Sequence record: NC_105788.1
DNA from: a phage
Strand: one strand, 5' to 3'
DNA: 49,689 nucleotides
The translations under genes were made by a program, and so were the position numbers. The notes below the pieces were generated by a model. It saw only the letters and a program-made list of their open reading frames with translations. It did not search any database and was not told the DNA's origin. This document shows, piece by piece, positions 15,023 to 24,450 of this stretch (positions within the stretch are counted from its first letter, which is position 1; every line of letters begins with the position of its first letter).

Positions 15023-16885
15023 ATGGCTTTATATAGACGCGGTACGGCATCAATGGATGCAGACGGAACGGTTCACGGAACCGATACAAAATGGAAAGAC
15101 CAACTAGCTCTGATTCGCGTAGGTGCAACTATCGTATTCCTGGAGCAACCAATTAAGCTGGCAGTGATTAGCGATATCGTTAGCGACACTGAATTAAAGG
15201 CTATCTCTACCGACGGTCAAACGGCGGCTAACGGTAAGTATGTGATCCTACTTAACGATTCACTGACTGTAAACGGCTTAGCTCAAAACGTCGCTGAGAC
15301 GCTTCGATACTATCAAAGCAAAGAGACTGAGATTGCCGGGGCAATGGATATCATTGCGAGTCTTGATATGGATAACCTTAACCGCATCGTTGAAGAAATT
15401 AAGGCGAACAAATCAGCCGCTGAATCTGCACAGAATCAAGCGGAACTTGCTCGAGACTCAGCGAATGCAGCACGTGACGAAGCTAAAGCCACCAAAGGAC
15501 AAGTTCAGCAAATTGTTGACGGGGCAGTAGGTAGCATCAATGCAGCAAAAGAACAAGCGATCACAGATGTAGGCTCTAAAGAATCAGCGGCGATTACGCA
15601 CATCGACACGGAAGAGAAAGCAGCCATTAAGGCAATCAATGACGCCAAAGGAGATCTGTCAGGTTACGTTAACAACGCTCAGGCGGCGGCGCAAACTGCA
15701 ACCTCAGCAAAAAACGACGCTCAGGCGGCACGAGACGCAGCGGTAAGATCAAAGGACGCAGCGGCAGTCAGCGCGCAGGAAGCTAAAGACGCAGCAAATA
15801 GCGTTGATGCATCCAATCTTCTTAAGAAGAGTGCCAACCTAAGCGACTTATCAAGTATTGGTGCGGCAATGGAGAATTTAGGTGTAGATAGGTTTGCTCA
15901 ATCTGAGAACAACGGAGAGACGCAGGTAAAAACAAAATCTAAATCAAAATGGATTTTCATAAAAGATAATAGTGATTGGGGGGCTTGGGATAATGCCAGC
16001 AGAAAAGCTATTCCGCTTCCGATTGGTTTCGGTGGCACGGGGCGCGGCGATAACGTCGCCATTTTCAGACAATTTAAATCAAACGGCGATTCACCGGACG
16101 GTGTTATTTTAAAGCAAAATGGTGATGGGTTCGGCGGTATTGGATGGGCCGATAAGAACGATAAGGTACGCTGGCGCGCAGGGATTGACGCCTCGGCGGG
16201 GCACTTTAAATGGTATTCATATGATTCTGCTGGGAACTACCGAGACACCATGCTGGAAATTACAGGGTTAGGTTTAGGCGGTATGGTGTGGTTTCGTGAT
16301 ATGACTGTACGCCCAACGGCAGCAGTTCCAGCGCGGTCTTTCGTACTAAACAATGGCAATGCAAGCGTACCCGCAGACAAACTTCGAACGATGTGGGATA
16401 CGGTTAACATTAACACCAATATCATCTATAAATATTTCGAAAAAGGTAACGGACAGGGTTTTACGATCAACTGGCCTACTACTGGCGGAACGCTGGCGCT
16501 TCAAGGCACGTCAGGGAGAGACTTTAAAAAGAACATTGAAGATGCTGATGTTATTGAGGCTGTAGAACGCATTGAGAAAATGCGAATGGTGCATTACGTG
16601 TATAAGGATGATGAGCAGGAGCGAGTTCGCTTCGGTATCATAGCAGAAGAAGCGGAGGAAATTGCGCCTCAATACATTAAGCATAGGGAAGAGGCATTCG
16701 ATGTTGAGATTGATCCTGAAACAAATGCTGTGATTGGGGAAAAAATTCGAGATCGACCTACTGTAGATAACAACCCAATCGTAATGGACTTGATGGGCTG
16801 CGCGCAGTATGCGATTCGTGAATGTAAGAGAATGGCGGCAGAAATTGAAGAACTCAAGGGGATTATTGAAGAATTGAGGGGGTAG
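15023..16885 (+). CDS. side tail fibre protein with C-terminal intramolecular chaperone (peptidase S74-like) domain
   Basis: Ala/Gln-rich coiled-coil-like central region; C-terminal region typical of auto-cleaving chaperone domains of phage fibres (T5 pb1 / endosialidase-like). Confidence 0.6.
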   Translation: MALYRRGTASMDADGTVHGTDTKWKDQLALIRVGATIVFLEQPIKLAVISDIVSDTELKAISTDGQTAANGKYVILLNDSLTVNGLAQNVAETLRYYQSKETEIAGAMDIIASLDMDNLNRIVEEIKANKSAAESAQNQAELARDSANAARDEAKATKGQVQQIVDGAVGSINAAKEQAITDVGSKESAAITHIDTEEKAAIKAINDAKGDLSGYVNNAQAAAQTATSAKNDAQAARDAAVRSKDAAAVSAQEAKDAANSVDASNLLKKSANLSDLSSIGAAMENLGVDRFAQSENNGETQVKTKSKSKWIFIKDNSDWGAWDNASRKAIPLPIGFGGTGRGDNVAIFRQFKSNGDSPDGVILKQNGDGFGGIGWADKNDKVRWRAGIDASAGHFKWYSYDSAGNYRDTMLEITGLGLGGMVWFRDMTVRPTAAVPARSFVLNNGNASVPADKLRTMWDTVNINTNIIYKYFEKGNGQGFTINWPTTGGTLALQGTSGRDFKKNIEDADVIEAVERIEKMRMVHYVYKDDEQERVRFGIIAEEAEEIAPQYIKHREEAFDVEIDPETNAVIGEKIRDRPTVDNNPIVMDLMGCAQYAIRECKRMAAEIEELKGIIEELRG

Positions 16886-16889
16886 ATGA

Positions 16890-16916
16890 AAGGGGCCAGC
16901 TGGCCCCTTTTTTTTG
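16890..16916 (+). terminator. intrinsic terminator (GGGGCCAGCTGGCCCC + T8)
   Basis: perfect palindromic GC stem followed by T8. Confidence 0.8.
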
Positions 16917-17333
16917 TTAGAACGGAATATCATCATCAAATGTTGACTGAGGATTTGGCTGTGGCTGTGATTGAGTTCGCTGTTGTTGCTGAGGTGCTCG
17001 TTGTTGCTGGTTGCTTTGTCCTCTCTGACTGAATACCAGCTTAGGAAAATCAGCAGCCTGCAATGAATTGTAAATCATTCCGTTGTGCTCACGTGATGAG
17101 ATCCTCAACGTCTCGCACGATACTGAGATTACTCTACCAACCTGGAACGCATCACGATACCAGTCAGCGAGACCAGGCTTCCCACCGTCGCTAAAAAAGA
17201 ATGTGTAGTTGGTGTATTCGCGATCGCCATCACGCGGCTTATAGCTTTCTGACAGTTCGATTATGTAAGTATTGCCGCCGTTACGTTCCAGAATCTTCGG
17301 TTCTTTGCGGATCTCTCCAGTGATAATATGCAT
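16917..17333 (-). CDS. ssb: single-stranded DNA-binding protein
   Basis: Gln/Pro-rich linker and hallmark acidic C-terminal tail DDDIPF. Confidence 0.75.
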   Translation of the reverse strand: MHIITGEIRKEPKILERNGGNTYIIELSESYKPRDGDREYTNYTFFFSDGGKPGLADWYRDAFQVGRVISVSCETLRISSREHNGMIYNSLQAADFPKLVFSQRGQSNQQQRAPQQQQRTQSQPQPNPQSTFDDDIPF

Positions 17334-17380
17334 GATTTTCTCTCCTAAAATTTATGGGCGACCGAAGCCGCCCGAAATTA

Positions 17381-18028
17381 CTATTCGAAGTTGGTTATTG
17401 ATTGAGATTGTACAGGTTTCGCGCTCGTTGCTTCAACCTGTTTTTTCTGTTCCGGTTGCGCCGGGCGAATGCCGCGAGCTTTTCCGATCTCAAACTTAGC
17501 CTTCAGTGCGTTGTAGTGATCCTGAATGATTGACTTGCTCGCCGTGTCAGTCTGGCGATAAGCATTGGCCCAAACATCCTTCAGTGACTCGATATCTTCG
17601 CACGCATCAAGTTCTTTCTTCCAGTCCTTGACGGATTTCACCGCAAGCTGCGCGTCGTCGTCACTTTGGCTAATTCCCAGCGCGGCGGCTAGAGAGTAAC
17701 GTCGAGCATACGTCATTGCGGAACCTACGCCTTGAGGATCTCGTTTTGCAATCGGCATCATCATGAAGAATTTGGCCCATTGCCCGGATTTGTGAATCAG
17801 CATAGTTTCAAGGTGGAATGTTGTTTCCGTGCTGGTATCAAGCATTGATTGCAGGATCATGATATCGTTATCGGTTAACGCCGGACTAACTGCCGCCATC
17901 ATTGCGTCAAGAGTTGCGTATGAATTTTTCAGGTGATTGTTTTTAGCGTCCTTCTTTGCCTTCGCGAATTTATTGCGAGCGTTGAACAGTGCCGGAAGGA
18001 TTTCATTGGTTTCTGGTGATAATTGCAT
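17381..18028 (-). CDS. erf: ERF-family single-strand annealing protein
   Basis: GSAMTYARRYSLAAALGI motif typical of ERF proteins; start moved to internal ATG preceded by ACCAATCAGGAG. Confidence 0.65.
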   Translation of the reverse strand: MQLSPETNEILPALFNARNKFAKAKKDAKNNHLKNSYATLDAMMAAVSPALTDNDIMILQSMLDTSTETTFHLETMLIHKSGQWAKFFMMMPIAKRDPQGVGSAMTYARRYSLAAALGISQSDDDAQLAVKSVKDWKKELDACEDIESLKDVWANAYRQTDTASKSIIQDHYNALKAKFEIGKARGIRPAQPEQKKQVEATSAKPVQSQSITNFE

Positions 18029-18102
18029 CTTAACTTCTCCTGATTGGTGTATGAGGTGCATTATAACACCTCACTAATTATTTGTTTAGCTATTTGTGCC
18101 GT

Positions 18103-19167
18103 TTACTTGTTTTGGTAGCGTACCCATGACGGCGTTTCAAGTTCGATCTCGCTTGCGTCGCCAGCGTATCCTGGCCAAACATCCATCTCAGAACAAGCCT
18201 TGTAAGTGTGGACAACGCTAACATACTGACTACGACCGATCCTGATTTGCTCCATAGTCATACGGTAAGCAAGTGCGATGTAAGGCTCTTTTTTCTCCTG
18301 CGCAAGCAATCGAACTACGATCGGGATATCTTCCGGGAAGTTTCCTTCAAAAGCGCCAGCTTGGATTGCACGTCGTAGCAGGTCATGCTGCAAGGCCATT
18401 TTAAGATAATACCCGTGATTGTATGCCAGTCTCGGGAACTCTAACGGGTTGGCGCTCATCGTGGTTTTGAAGTCAGTGATAATTAGCGCTTCAGGGAAAA
18501 TAACGTCTTCAAATACCGGATCGCCGTTATCATCATAACCAGTCAGTACGCGACCTGGTACATTCTCTTTGTAGTCCAAGTGATCGAGTCGAACCTTAAC
18601 CTTGACTCCGGATATTTCACCGAAGATTGAGATTTCACGCTGAGCCGTTTCACTGTTGATGCACGCTTCATGATCGGGGTTCTGTTCAAGTATAGCTCTC
18701 ATCTTCATGCAGGCGTCGTATTTATCAGCGTCTACGAGTTTCTTTCCTTCAGCACGCGCCTCAGCTTCTGCGATCAGTTCAATCAGGTATTGAACATTAA
18801 GGTCTTCGCCACAATCAACCATCATTTTGATGAGGTCCGGGTACTGCTTACCGGATGTACCTTTCAGGCCGAATGATTTTAATTTTGCTGCCAGCGCCGC
18901 CTGCGAAGTAATCAGATCCTTAAACTCTGCCGGAGCCGGGCAACGGGCATACGATGCAGTAAACAGATCTCGGCTCTCAAAGTTGGTATGCGACTGAGTA
19001 CCGAACTCCAGCGCTTTCGTTGTCTCATTCTTCTTGAATCGCCAGTTAGCCGGGCAAGTTTGATAGATTTCTGCAAGACTCGATCCGCTTACATACTCTG
19101 CCGCCCAACCTTCGTTACTATGATACTCGTCATTAGAAAGCTGACTTGATGTGAATACTTGGAACAT
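18103..19167 (-). CDS. recombination exonuclease (PD-(D/E)xK, RecE/YqaJ-like)
   Basis: PEALIITDFK PD-(D/E)xK-like motif; first gene of exo-erf-ssb module; AGGAGA RBS. Confidence 0.55.
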   Translation of the reverse strand: MFQVFTSSQLSNDEYHSNEGWAAEYVSGSSLAEIYQTCPANWRFKKNETTKALEFGTQSHTNFESRDLFTASYARCPAPAEFKDLITSQAALAAKLKSFGLKGTSGKQYPDLIKMMVDCGEDLNVQYLIELIAEAEARAEGKKLVDADKYDACMKMRAILEQNPDHEACINSETAQREISIFGEISGVKVKVRLDHLDYKENVPGRVLTGYDDNGDPVFEDVIFPEALIITDFKTTMSANPLEFPRLAYNHGYYLKMALQHDLLRRAIQAGAFEGNFPEDIPIVVRLLAQEKKEPYIALAYRMTMEQIRIGRSQYVSVVHTYKACSEMDVWPGYAGDASEIELETPSWVRYQNK

Positions 19168-19198
19168 TGCGTTTATCTCCTTCGTTTACGATGAATCC

Positions 19199-19226
19199 AT
19201 TATAGCCATTAACAGCGTTTAGTCAA
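19199..19226 (-). promoter_or_regulatory. near-consensus sigma70 promoter (TTGACT-16 bp-TATAAT) for recombination module
   Basis: read on minus strand about 30 nt upstream of exonuclease ATG. Confidence 0.6.
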
Positions 19227-19329
19227 TCGAATACATGTAATTGATGTGTAATTGCGTGTCTATATCGCTCAAGTTACAACCAGCATCAACGTAATCAATA
19301 GCTTAATCCTGTTTTTATGTGATGTCTAT

Positions 19330-19615
19330 TGCGTAACACTTGTAACCGCTTTTTCTTAGAAATACACAGATATCCATGAATAGAATCCCGATCGATTAAA
19401 TTTTGAGCATATATGATAGAAATTTGACGAATCAATCAAATCACCTGTTACACGATAGACAACTGTTACACAACAATAATTATATATATAAAGCTAAAAT
19501 TAAATATTATCTATCTATATGTATTATATAGAGTTTTTATCATATCTCCCTGCGGTCGGATGGGGTCGATTTTGTAACACCACCTCCAGTTACAAAAATA
19601 GACACCTGTTACACG
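19330..19615. repeat. AT-rich region with at least 5 copies of TGTTACA(C) / TGTAACA in both orientations
   Basis: read directly; divergent intergenic region between exonuclease and cor-like gene. Confidence 0.5.
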
Positions 19616-19635
19616 AAAAAATTGTAATCGGGCTA

Positions 19636-19664
19636 TTGCAATAAAAGTAAATGCGACATACAAT
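19636..19664 (+). promoter_or_regulatory. sigma70-type promoter (TTGCAA-17 bp-TACAAT) for cor-like gene
   Basis: read directly. Confidence 0.5.
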
Positions 19665-19693
19665 GCAATCACACTAACGACGAGGACATGCAA

Positions 19694-19921
19694 ATGAAAA
19701 AGTTAATCACCATTATCGCTGCGGCATTCATTCTGACTGGTTGCTCATCGATGCCTGAGCGCACTTGCACGGCAATTTATGAATCAGGTGGAGCGGAGTA
19801 CTCGGTTTACGTTTTTGGCTCTAAGATGCGCGGAAAGGAGATGGTATTGCGTGCTGGATACCCATTCTCCTTCAACTATGTATCAGAGAAAAACTTCAAA
19901 TCTCACGATTGCTCGATATAA
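19694..19921 (+). CDS. cor: Cor-like small outer-membrane lipoprotein (superinfection exclusion candidate)
   Basis: about 75 aa, signal peptide with lipobox LTGC; own promoter and terminator; position next to fibre genes matches cor of T1/phi80-type phages. Confidence 0.6.
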   Translation: MKKLITIIAAAFILTGCSSMPERTCTAIYESGGAEYSVYVFGSKMRGKEMVLRAGYPFSFNYVSEKNFKSHDCSI

Positions 19922-19943
19922 AAGAAAAGCCCCGCAAGGGGCT
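19919..19943 (-). terminator. intrinsic terminator (AGCCCC-TTGC-GGGGCT + T-run on minus strand)
   Basis: hairpin at end of late operon, shared with convergent cor gene. Confidence 0.65.
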
Positions 19944-20632
19944 TAGTCGTATGCTGCCGTTTTGATTGCTGTTATAATATTTCCATTATTCGTTGTGTTC
20001 ATTATCTGACCCGCCGCAGTGGTTGCTGCTGCATTTATTCTCGTTGTGCTCCCGTTGTACCTGCATGAACTTCCTGCTGTTGAGTTTCCTATTATTGGTT
20101 GCCCAGTTGGCAACCTACCAATAACAACTTGATAGTTGCCAAGTATAGTTGGAACAACCGCGTAGCTTCCGCTGAGTGTTGTGTCTATGTTTAATCCACC
20201 GCCAGCGTATCCAGGAGTGCCGATTGTAACCAAATCACTAAGGACTTTTGTCTCATTTGTCAGCACTAGCTTTCCTGACGCATCCCATATCGCCATACCC
20301 CAGCTCGGTAGTGACTGCTCAAATATGGCAAATATGTAATATGTTAGTGTGTATGATTGGTTTGCTGGATTTGTCCCCCTTATATAAACAGTTCCAACAT
20401 TGGGTCCACTTCTGAAAGTAAAGGCTGAAAGCGCGGTCCCCTGCTGCGTACTTGTTGTTTTGCAAAAAGCTATAACCGGAACACCTGTAGGTATCCGAAC
20501 ATATCTCTCCGCAACCTGTGAACCACTAACATTTACTGATTTAATTTCCCCTCTCGCATATAAAGCGAATGGCGTGGATAGCGGGGTTATGAATGGATTT
20601 CCGTTTACATCTATAAAAGCACCGTATGACAT
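19943..20632 (-). CDS. putative distal tail fibre / receptor-recognition protein (229 aa)
   Basis: last gene of late operon downstream of J; Gly/Thr/Asn-rich; shares a (A/S)IWDA(S/N)G motif with the preceding 101-aa protein. Confidence 0.4.
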   Translation of the reverse strand: MSYGAFIDVNGNPFITPLSTPFALYARGEIKSVNVSGSQVAERYVRIPTGVPVIAFCKTTSTQQGTALSAFTFRSGPNVGTVYIRGTNPANQSYTLTYYIFAIFEQSLPSWGMAIWDASGKLVLTNETKVLSDLVTIGTPGYAGGGLNIDTTLSGSYAVVPTILGNYQVVIGRLPTGQPIIGNSTAGSSCRYNGSTTRINAAATTAAGQIMNTTNNGNIITAIKTAAYD

Positions 20633-20937
20633 TAATCATTCTCCAGATATGCTATTAAGTAACAGTTTGATGATGGGTGCACGTTTGGCCCAGGTGAGTT
20701 TGCTGGCGTTACTGTTATCGTATTACCGCTAGCAATAATTTTCCTGCCAGGCCCACTAATGGCGCCATCGTCAAGGCTTATAACGTAGTTCACATGCATA
20801 CCAGGAGGCACTTGATAGCTGAACGATGCTGAATTCTGGCCTGCTGACAAAAAGTTCCAACCAACAACCGTGACAGGCTTAATCCCATAGTTATTATAAA
20901 CGCCATTTGCGTCCCAAGTTGATATACCGTACGCCAT
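20632..20937 (-). CDS. putative tail fibre-associated protein (101 aa)
   Basis: start at internal ATG with GGAGGA RBS; paralogous N-terminal motif with next gene. Confidence 0.4.
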   Translation of the reverse strand: MAYGISTWDANGVYNNYGIKPVTVVGWNFLSAGQNSASFSYQVPPGMHVNYVISLDDGAISGPGRKIIASGNTITVTPANSPGPNVHPSSNCYLIAYLEND

Positions 20938-20950
20938 AATAAATCCTCCA

Positions 20951-20978
20951 AAAGAAAAGGGCATCTCTCGATGCCCTT
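20951..20978 (-). terminator. hairpin plus T-run immediately after J
   Basis: AAGGGCATC-TCTCG-GATGCCCTT followed by TTTCTTTT on minus strand. Confidence 0.45.
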
Positions 20979-20982
20979 GATA

Positions 20983-23900
20983 TTACCATGAGCCAGTCAA
21001 CCTGCCAATCTGAACCCTAAGGCGACCACTCGCATCCCTAACAGATATTGTGGTATTGGTTTGCTTCATTGCACCCTCACCGTCACTTCCGTAGTTTTCA
21101 AATGTACCTCCCTTGTCAAGTCTCCAGCCAGCCTTGTTAACGACATAGTTATTCGATTGAATAACGTTACCAATCATCGCATTCGTGATGAATCCGTTCT
21201 TAATGATGGCACTATTAAGAATCACCTGATTACCTTCAACAACGAAAGGATACTGAGTCTGGCCATTCATTCCAGTCATGATTGCAAATCGTGACGCTTC
21301 GAATAGAATTTGCGCTTTAACCGCCGCGCCGGAACCAATCAGAGACATGGCCATGCCTGCGCTGTATTCCTGACCGTTATATTTCAGACCTAGCTTGACG
21401 CCGTACATTGCCCCAGTCGAATTAGCGTTACTCCATGAGTCTAATTTTTGAGCAAGTGCTGCCTCGTTATCTCCAAGCCTTGCGCTCAGCGTCAAGTCGG
21501 CTTGCGTTCTCGCCTCAGTTTCATTTGCGATAGCCTCGCGGATATCGGTCAAACTTGCCTGAATATCGTCACCAATCTGAGCCTTAAGCTGGTCAATCTC
21601 ACGCGATAAAGCCTCAGTTTCAGTTGCGATAACTTCACGCAGTTCGCTATTGCTTGCGCTAATCTGATCACCAAAACTTGCCCTCAACTGCTCAACTGCT
21701 GTTACTCGCGCCTGAGTCTCATCAGCAATTAGTTGCAGTGATTTGGTGTACTCTGCTTTTCGTTTTCCGTTCTCCTTCTTCATGTAGATCGCGTCTTTGT
21801 CATTAGCTAGTGCGTTCTCAATTGCTGCCTCTGCGTTCGCTGCGTTCTGCGACGCGTTGTCGGTTGCGTTATCAACAAGCCATTCGTAACCCGGCGAGTT
21901 TTCGATATCGACAGAAATCTCTCCGATGATATCGTCAACGTTTGTTGATGCCATGCCCCTGACAAAATCAGTCCACTGAGACACGTTACCGATCCTGTCA
22001 ACTGTCCTTACCCGATACCACACAATATTCCCTCCCGGCATCGGTGAGTGATAATACTCATGCTGCGGGTACGGAATCAAAGAAAGCAAACTTGCGTTAT
22101 CCACTGTTCCATCCGGTGACTGTTGCAACTCTGTATAGGCCGTATCTCCAGAACCATCAGAGAACCCCCATTTTGTACGGATACCAAAAACAACATCATC
22201 CGTAGCTGTAAGGTTAATCGGTCGGCCCGGCTCACCTTGTTTACCCGTCAGCGTCGCAGCTACGATATTTGACCATCCTGAAGTCGTACCGGAACCAGCG
22301 ACAGAGCGAACGCGAACCTGATAGTTGCCAGCGTAAATACCTTCAACGTATACCTCTTTATTTGCCGTCTGCGGTACATTTTGCCAGTTGCCGTTATCCT
22401 TTCGCCACTGGACGTCATAGAAAACTGCGTACGGCACTTTATCCCAGCTAACAATCATCGTTTCTACGCTCATCCCCTGGACGATTCTCGACTCTGAGGA
22501 CACTTGCACGTTTTCCGGTCTAGGGATCTGATCTGGTTCAACGATGCTCGTCGGTCGGTCGTCGATGTTAACTCCGTAATCAATCTCGTCGTACTTGTTA
22601 GGATCGTACTCCACCGCCGTGATTTTGTAGGTAAATTCCTCGTCATCATCGCCCTTATCGATTTTTGTCACGACGTACTGTTGTAGCGCAATGTCTGTGC
22701 GGTCGATAGCGAATACCGTGTTAGGCTTCACAGGAAAGCCAAAGCCAATGTTAACCTCTATAGTCTTACCATCCGCACTAACACTTGAGATTGTGCGCTT
22801 CACGGGCTTTCCGTCGGGCTTATTTACGATAATAAAGTCACCTGCGCGCGCATCCACACGGAACGGCAAGAAAATCTGGCTTCCAGACACTTCAAGCAAG
22901 CGCCCTGATAGGTTCATAGTCAAGTTGCTTGACCAGAAGTTGTCGGCTATTGCCACAACATCACCTATTGTCGGGATCATGCCCTCAAGCCCGGTCGCGA
23001 AGTTTACCGTAGTGCTGCGAAGGTTGGTCTTCAGAATCCATCGCCCTCGTCGGTTAGCCTCGCTTCGACGCGTGCAACCTATCGCTGTAATGCTGGTTAC
23101 GTTATTACCGAACCGCAGAGTCGCCTCACGATCGAATACTGGCTCAACGTCCTGTTGATACATGTTTTGTTCGTCGTCAAACATCACGTTACACGTCGTG
23201 TACATACTCTTTTCGCTTGCGAACGTATAGGAGAAGTCACCATTAACAACGTTGTCGTTAGTGAAGATGTACGCAGGCTCACGCGGTCTGTCGATGATTA
23301 CCGAGATGCTTTCACCATTCCAGAAGCTCATACCACGGAATATTGAGCAAATATCTCGAATCACCTTGTACGCATCAGTCTGTGACTGAATTATCACGTC
23401 GCAAAGGTAGCGAGGCTCCGTACCACCTTTCCCGTCGGGAACCATCTGGTCGCAATATTGCGCCGCCTCATAGAGCGCCCATTTATCGACGGAGATTCCA
23501 AGCTCCTTCTGATCCAGCCCGTAGCGCTGATTAATCATCAGGTCGTATAGAACCCATGCCGGGTTGTTAGTCCACGCCTTCTTGAAAGTCCCATCCCAAT
23601 TGCCGTTGTAGGTTCGTGATTCCGGATCGTAGTTTGATGGAACGTTTACAATCTTCCAGCGCTTACGAATTGAGATCGTAGGTAACTGGTTTGGGAACAT
23701 CTTCGAGTCGAACTCGACGAAAAGAAGACCTGTCAGAGGGTAACGGAATTTGGCATCAATCACCTCGGCATAGCTCTTTACTTGGATCGCATCAACAACG
23801 TTAGAGTCGTTAGAGTCTGGAGTCTTTCGAACAACTCTGAATATTACCTGACTGTTGAAGTTCGGAAGGTTTACGCGACGACTTCGATCGTAACCTGACA

Positions 23901-24402
23901 TTGTTTTGCCTTCGATTACATCGGTGAGCACCGTCTCAAACGAGCCACCATCAACAGCTTGTTGCACCTCGTACTCAACGCGAACGCCGTTTTTATCACC
24001 GTTACTTTCAATTCGCACGCCGCGAGGCATAAACATTTTGATGCGTATTGCCGATAGTGTTTTATTGGTCACTGAGATCGTGTAAGGGTTATCGGTAGTA
24101 ACCTCACGACTTACAGTTACCTCACTGGAACTATCTTCCATGCCCTTGATGTATTCCTGCGTCTGAGTTCCTGGCCTGAACTCAGCCTTTACTCCCTCGA
24201 AGTTAAATGAGCCATCCTCGTTTTGCACCGGGACTGAGTTAAACATCAACTGCTTTAGGCTGAATGTTTCGTCAATTTCACCATCAGATACAGCTAACAG
24301 GATCTTGATTTTGTTGATTGAGATTAGATTGTCTTCCATCTCAACTGGGTTATGAGGCTTCTGTGATCCACCTTTAGATCCACTTATCACTTTTTGAATC
24401 AT
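20983..24402 (-). CDS. central tail fibre / host specificity protein (lambda gpJ-like)
   Basis: N-terminus and internal blocks align by eye with lambda J (SKGG..NL.S...I..L.AVS.G.I.; SNYDPESRTYNGNWDGTFK; WALYEAAQYCDQMVPDGKGGTEPRY); 1139 aa. Confidence 0.9.
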   Translation of the reverse strand: MIQKVISGSKGGSQKPHNPVEMEDNLISINKIKILLAVSDGEIDETFSLKQLMFNSVPVQNEDGSFNFEGVKAEFRPGTQTQEYIKGMEDSSSEVTVSREVTTDNPYTISVTNKTLSAIRIKMFMPRGVRIESNGDKNGVRVEYEVQQAVDGGSFETVLTDVIEGKTMSGYDRSRRVNLPNFNSQVIFRVVRKTPDSNDSNVVDAIQVKSYAEVIDAKFRYPLTGLLFVEFDSKMFPNQLPTISIRKRWKIVNVPSNYDPESRTYNGNWDGTFKKAWTNNPAWVLYDLMINQRYGLDQKELGISVDKWALYEAAQYCDQMVPDGKGGTEPRYLCDVIIQSQTDAYKVIRDICSIFRGMSFWNGESISVIIDRPREPAYIFTNDNVVNGDFSYTFASEKSMYTTCNVMFDDEQNMYQQDVEPVFDREATLRFGNNVTSITAIGCTRRSEANRRGRWILKTNLRSTTVNFATGLEGMIPTIGDVVAIADNFWSSNLTMNLSGRLLEVSGSQIFLPFRVDARAGDFIIVNKPDGKPVKRTISSVSADGKTIEVNIGFGFPVKPNTVFAIDRTDIALQQYVVTKIDKGDDDEEFTYKITAVEYDPNKYDEIDYGVNIDDRPTSIVEPDQIPRPENVQVSSESRIVQGMSVETMIVSWDKVPYAVFYDVQWRKDNGNWQNVPQTANKEVYVEGIYAGNYQVRVRSVAGSGTTSGWSNIVAATLTGKQGEPGRPINLTATDDVVFGIRTKWGFSDGSGDTAYTELQQSPDGTVDNASLLSLIPYPQHEYYHSPMPGGNIVWYRVRTVDRIGNVSQWTDFVRGMASTNVDDIIGEISVDIENSPGYEWLVDNATDNASQNAANAEAAIENALANDKDAIYMKKENGKRKAEYTKSLQLIADETQARVTAVEQLRASFGDQISASNSELREVIATETEALSREIDQLKAQIGDDIQASLTDIREAIANETEARTQADLTLSARLGDNEAALAQKLDSWSNANSTGAMYGVKLGLKYNGQEYSAGMAMSLIGSGAAVKAQILFEASRFAIMTGMNGQTQYPFVVEGNQVILNSAIIKNGFITNAMIGNVIQSNNYVVNKAGWRLDKGGTFENYGSDGEGAMKQTNTTISVRDASGRLRVQIGRLTGSW
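21510..21710 (-). repeat. diverged tandem repeat of about 100 bp (33-aa coiled-coil unit) inside J-like gene
   Basis: GCCTCAGTTTCA(T/G)TTGCGATA recurs at 100-bp period. Confidence 0.5.
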
Positions 24403-24450
24403 GATGTTTACCTTTTTGTGCTATTTATCGGTAGACTCATTATACAGGCG

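Noticed and set aside
16511-16939. ORF 16511..16939 (-) overlapping the 3' end of the side fibre gene
   Set aside because: Antisense to the S74 chaperone-domain coding region and crosses the strong terminator; no RBS.
21061-23534. Plus-strand ORFs inside the J-like gene (21061..21294, 22269..22451, 22504..22686, 22691..23158, 23155..23346, 23343..23534)
   Set aside because: They are antisense to a long, well-supported coding region, have no RBS and give low-complexity R/S/T-rich translations; they look like frame shadows.
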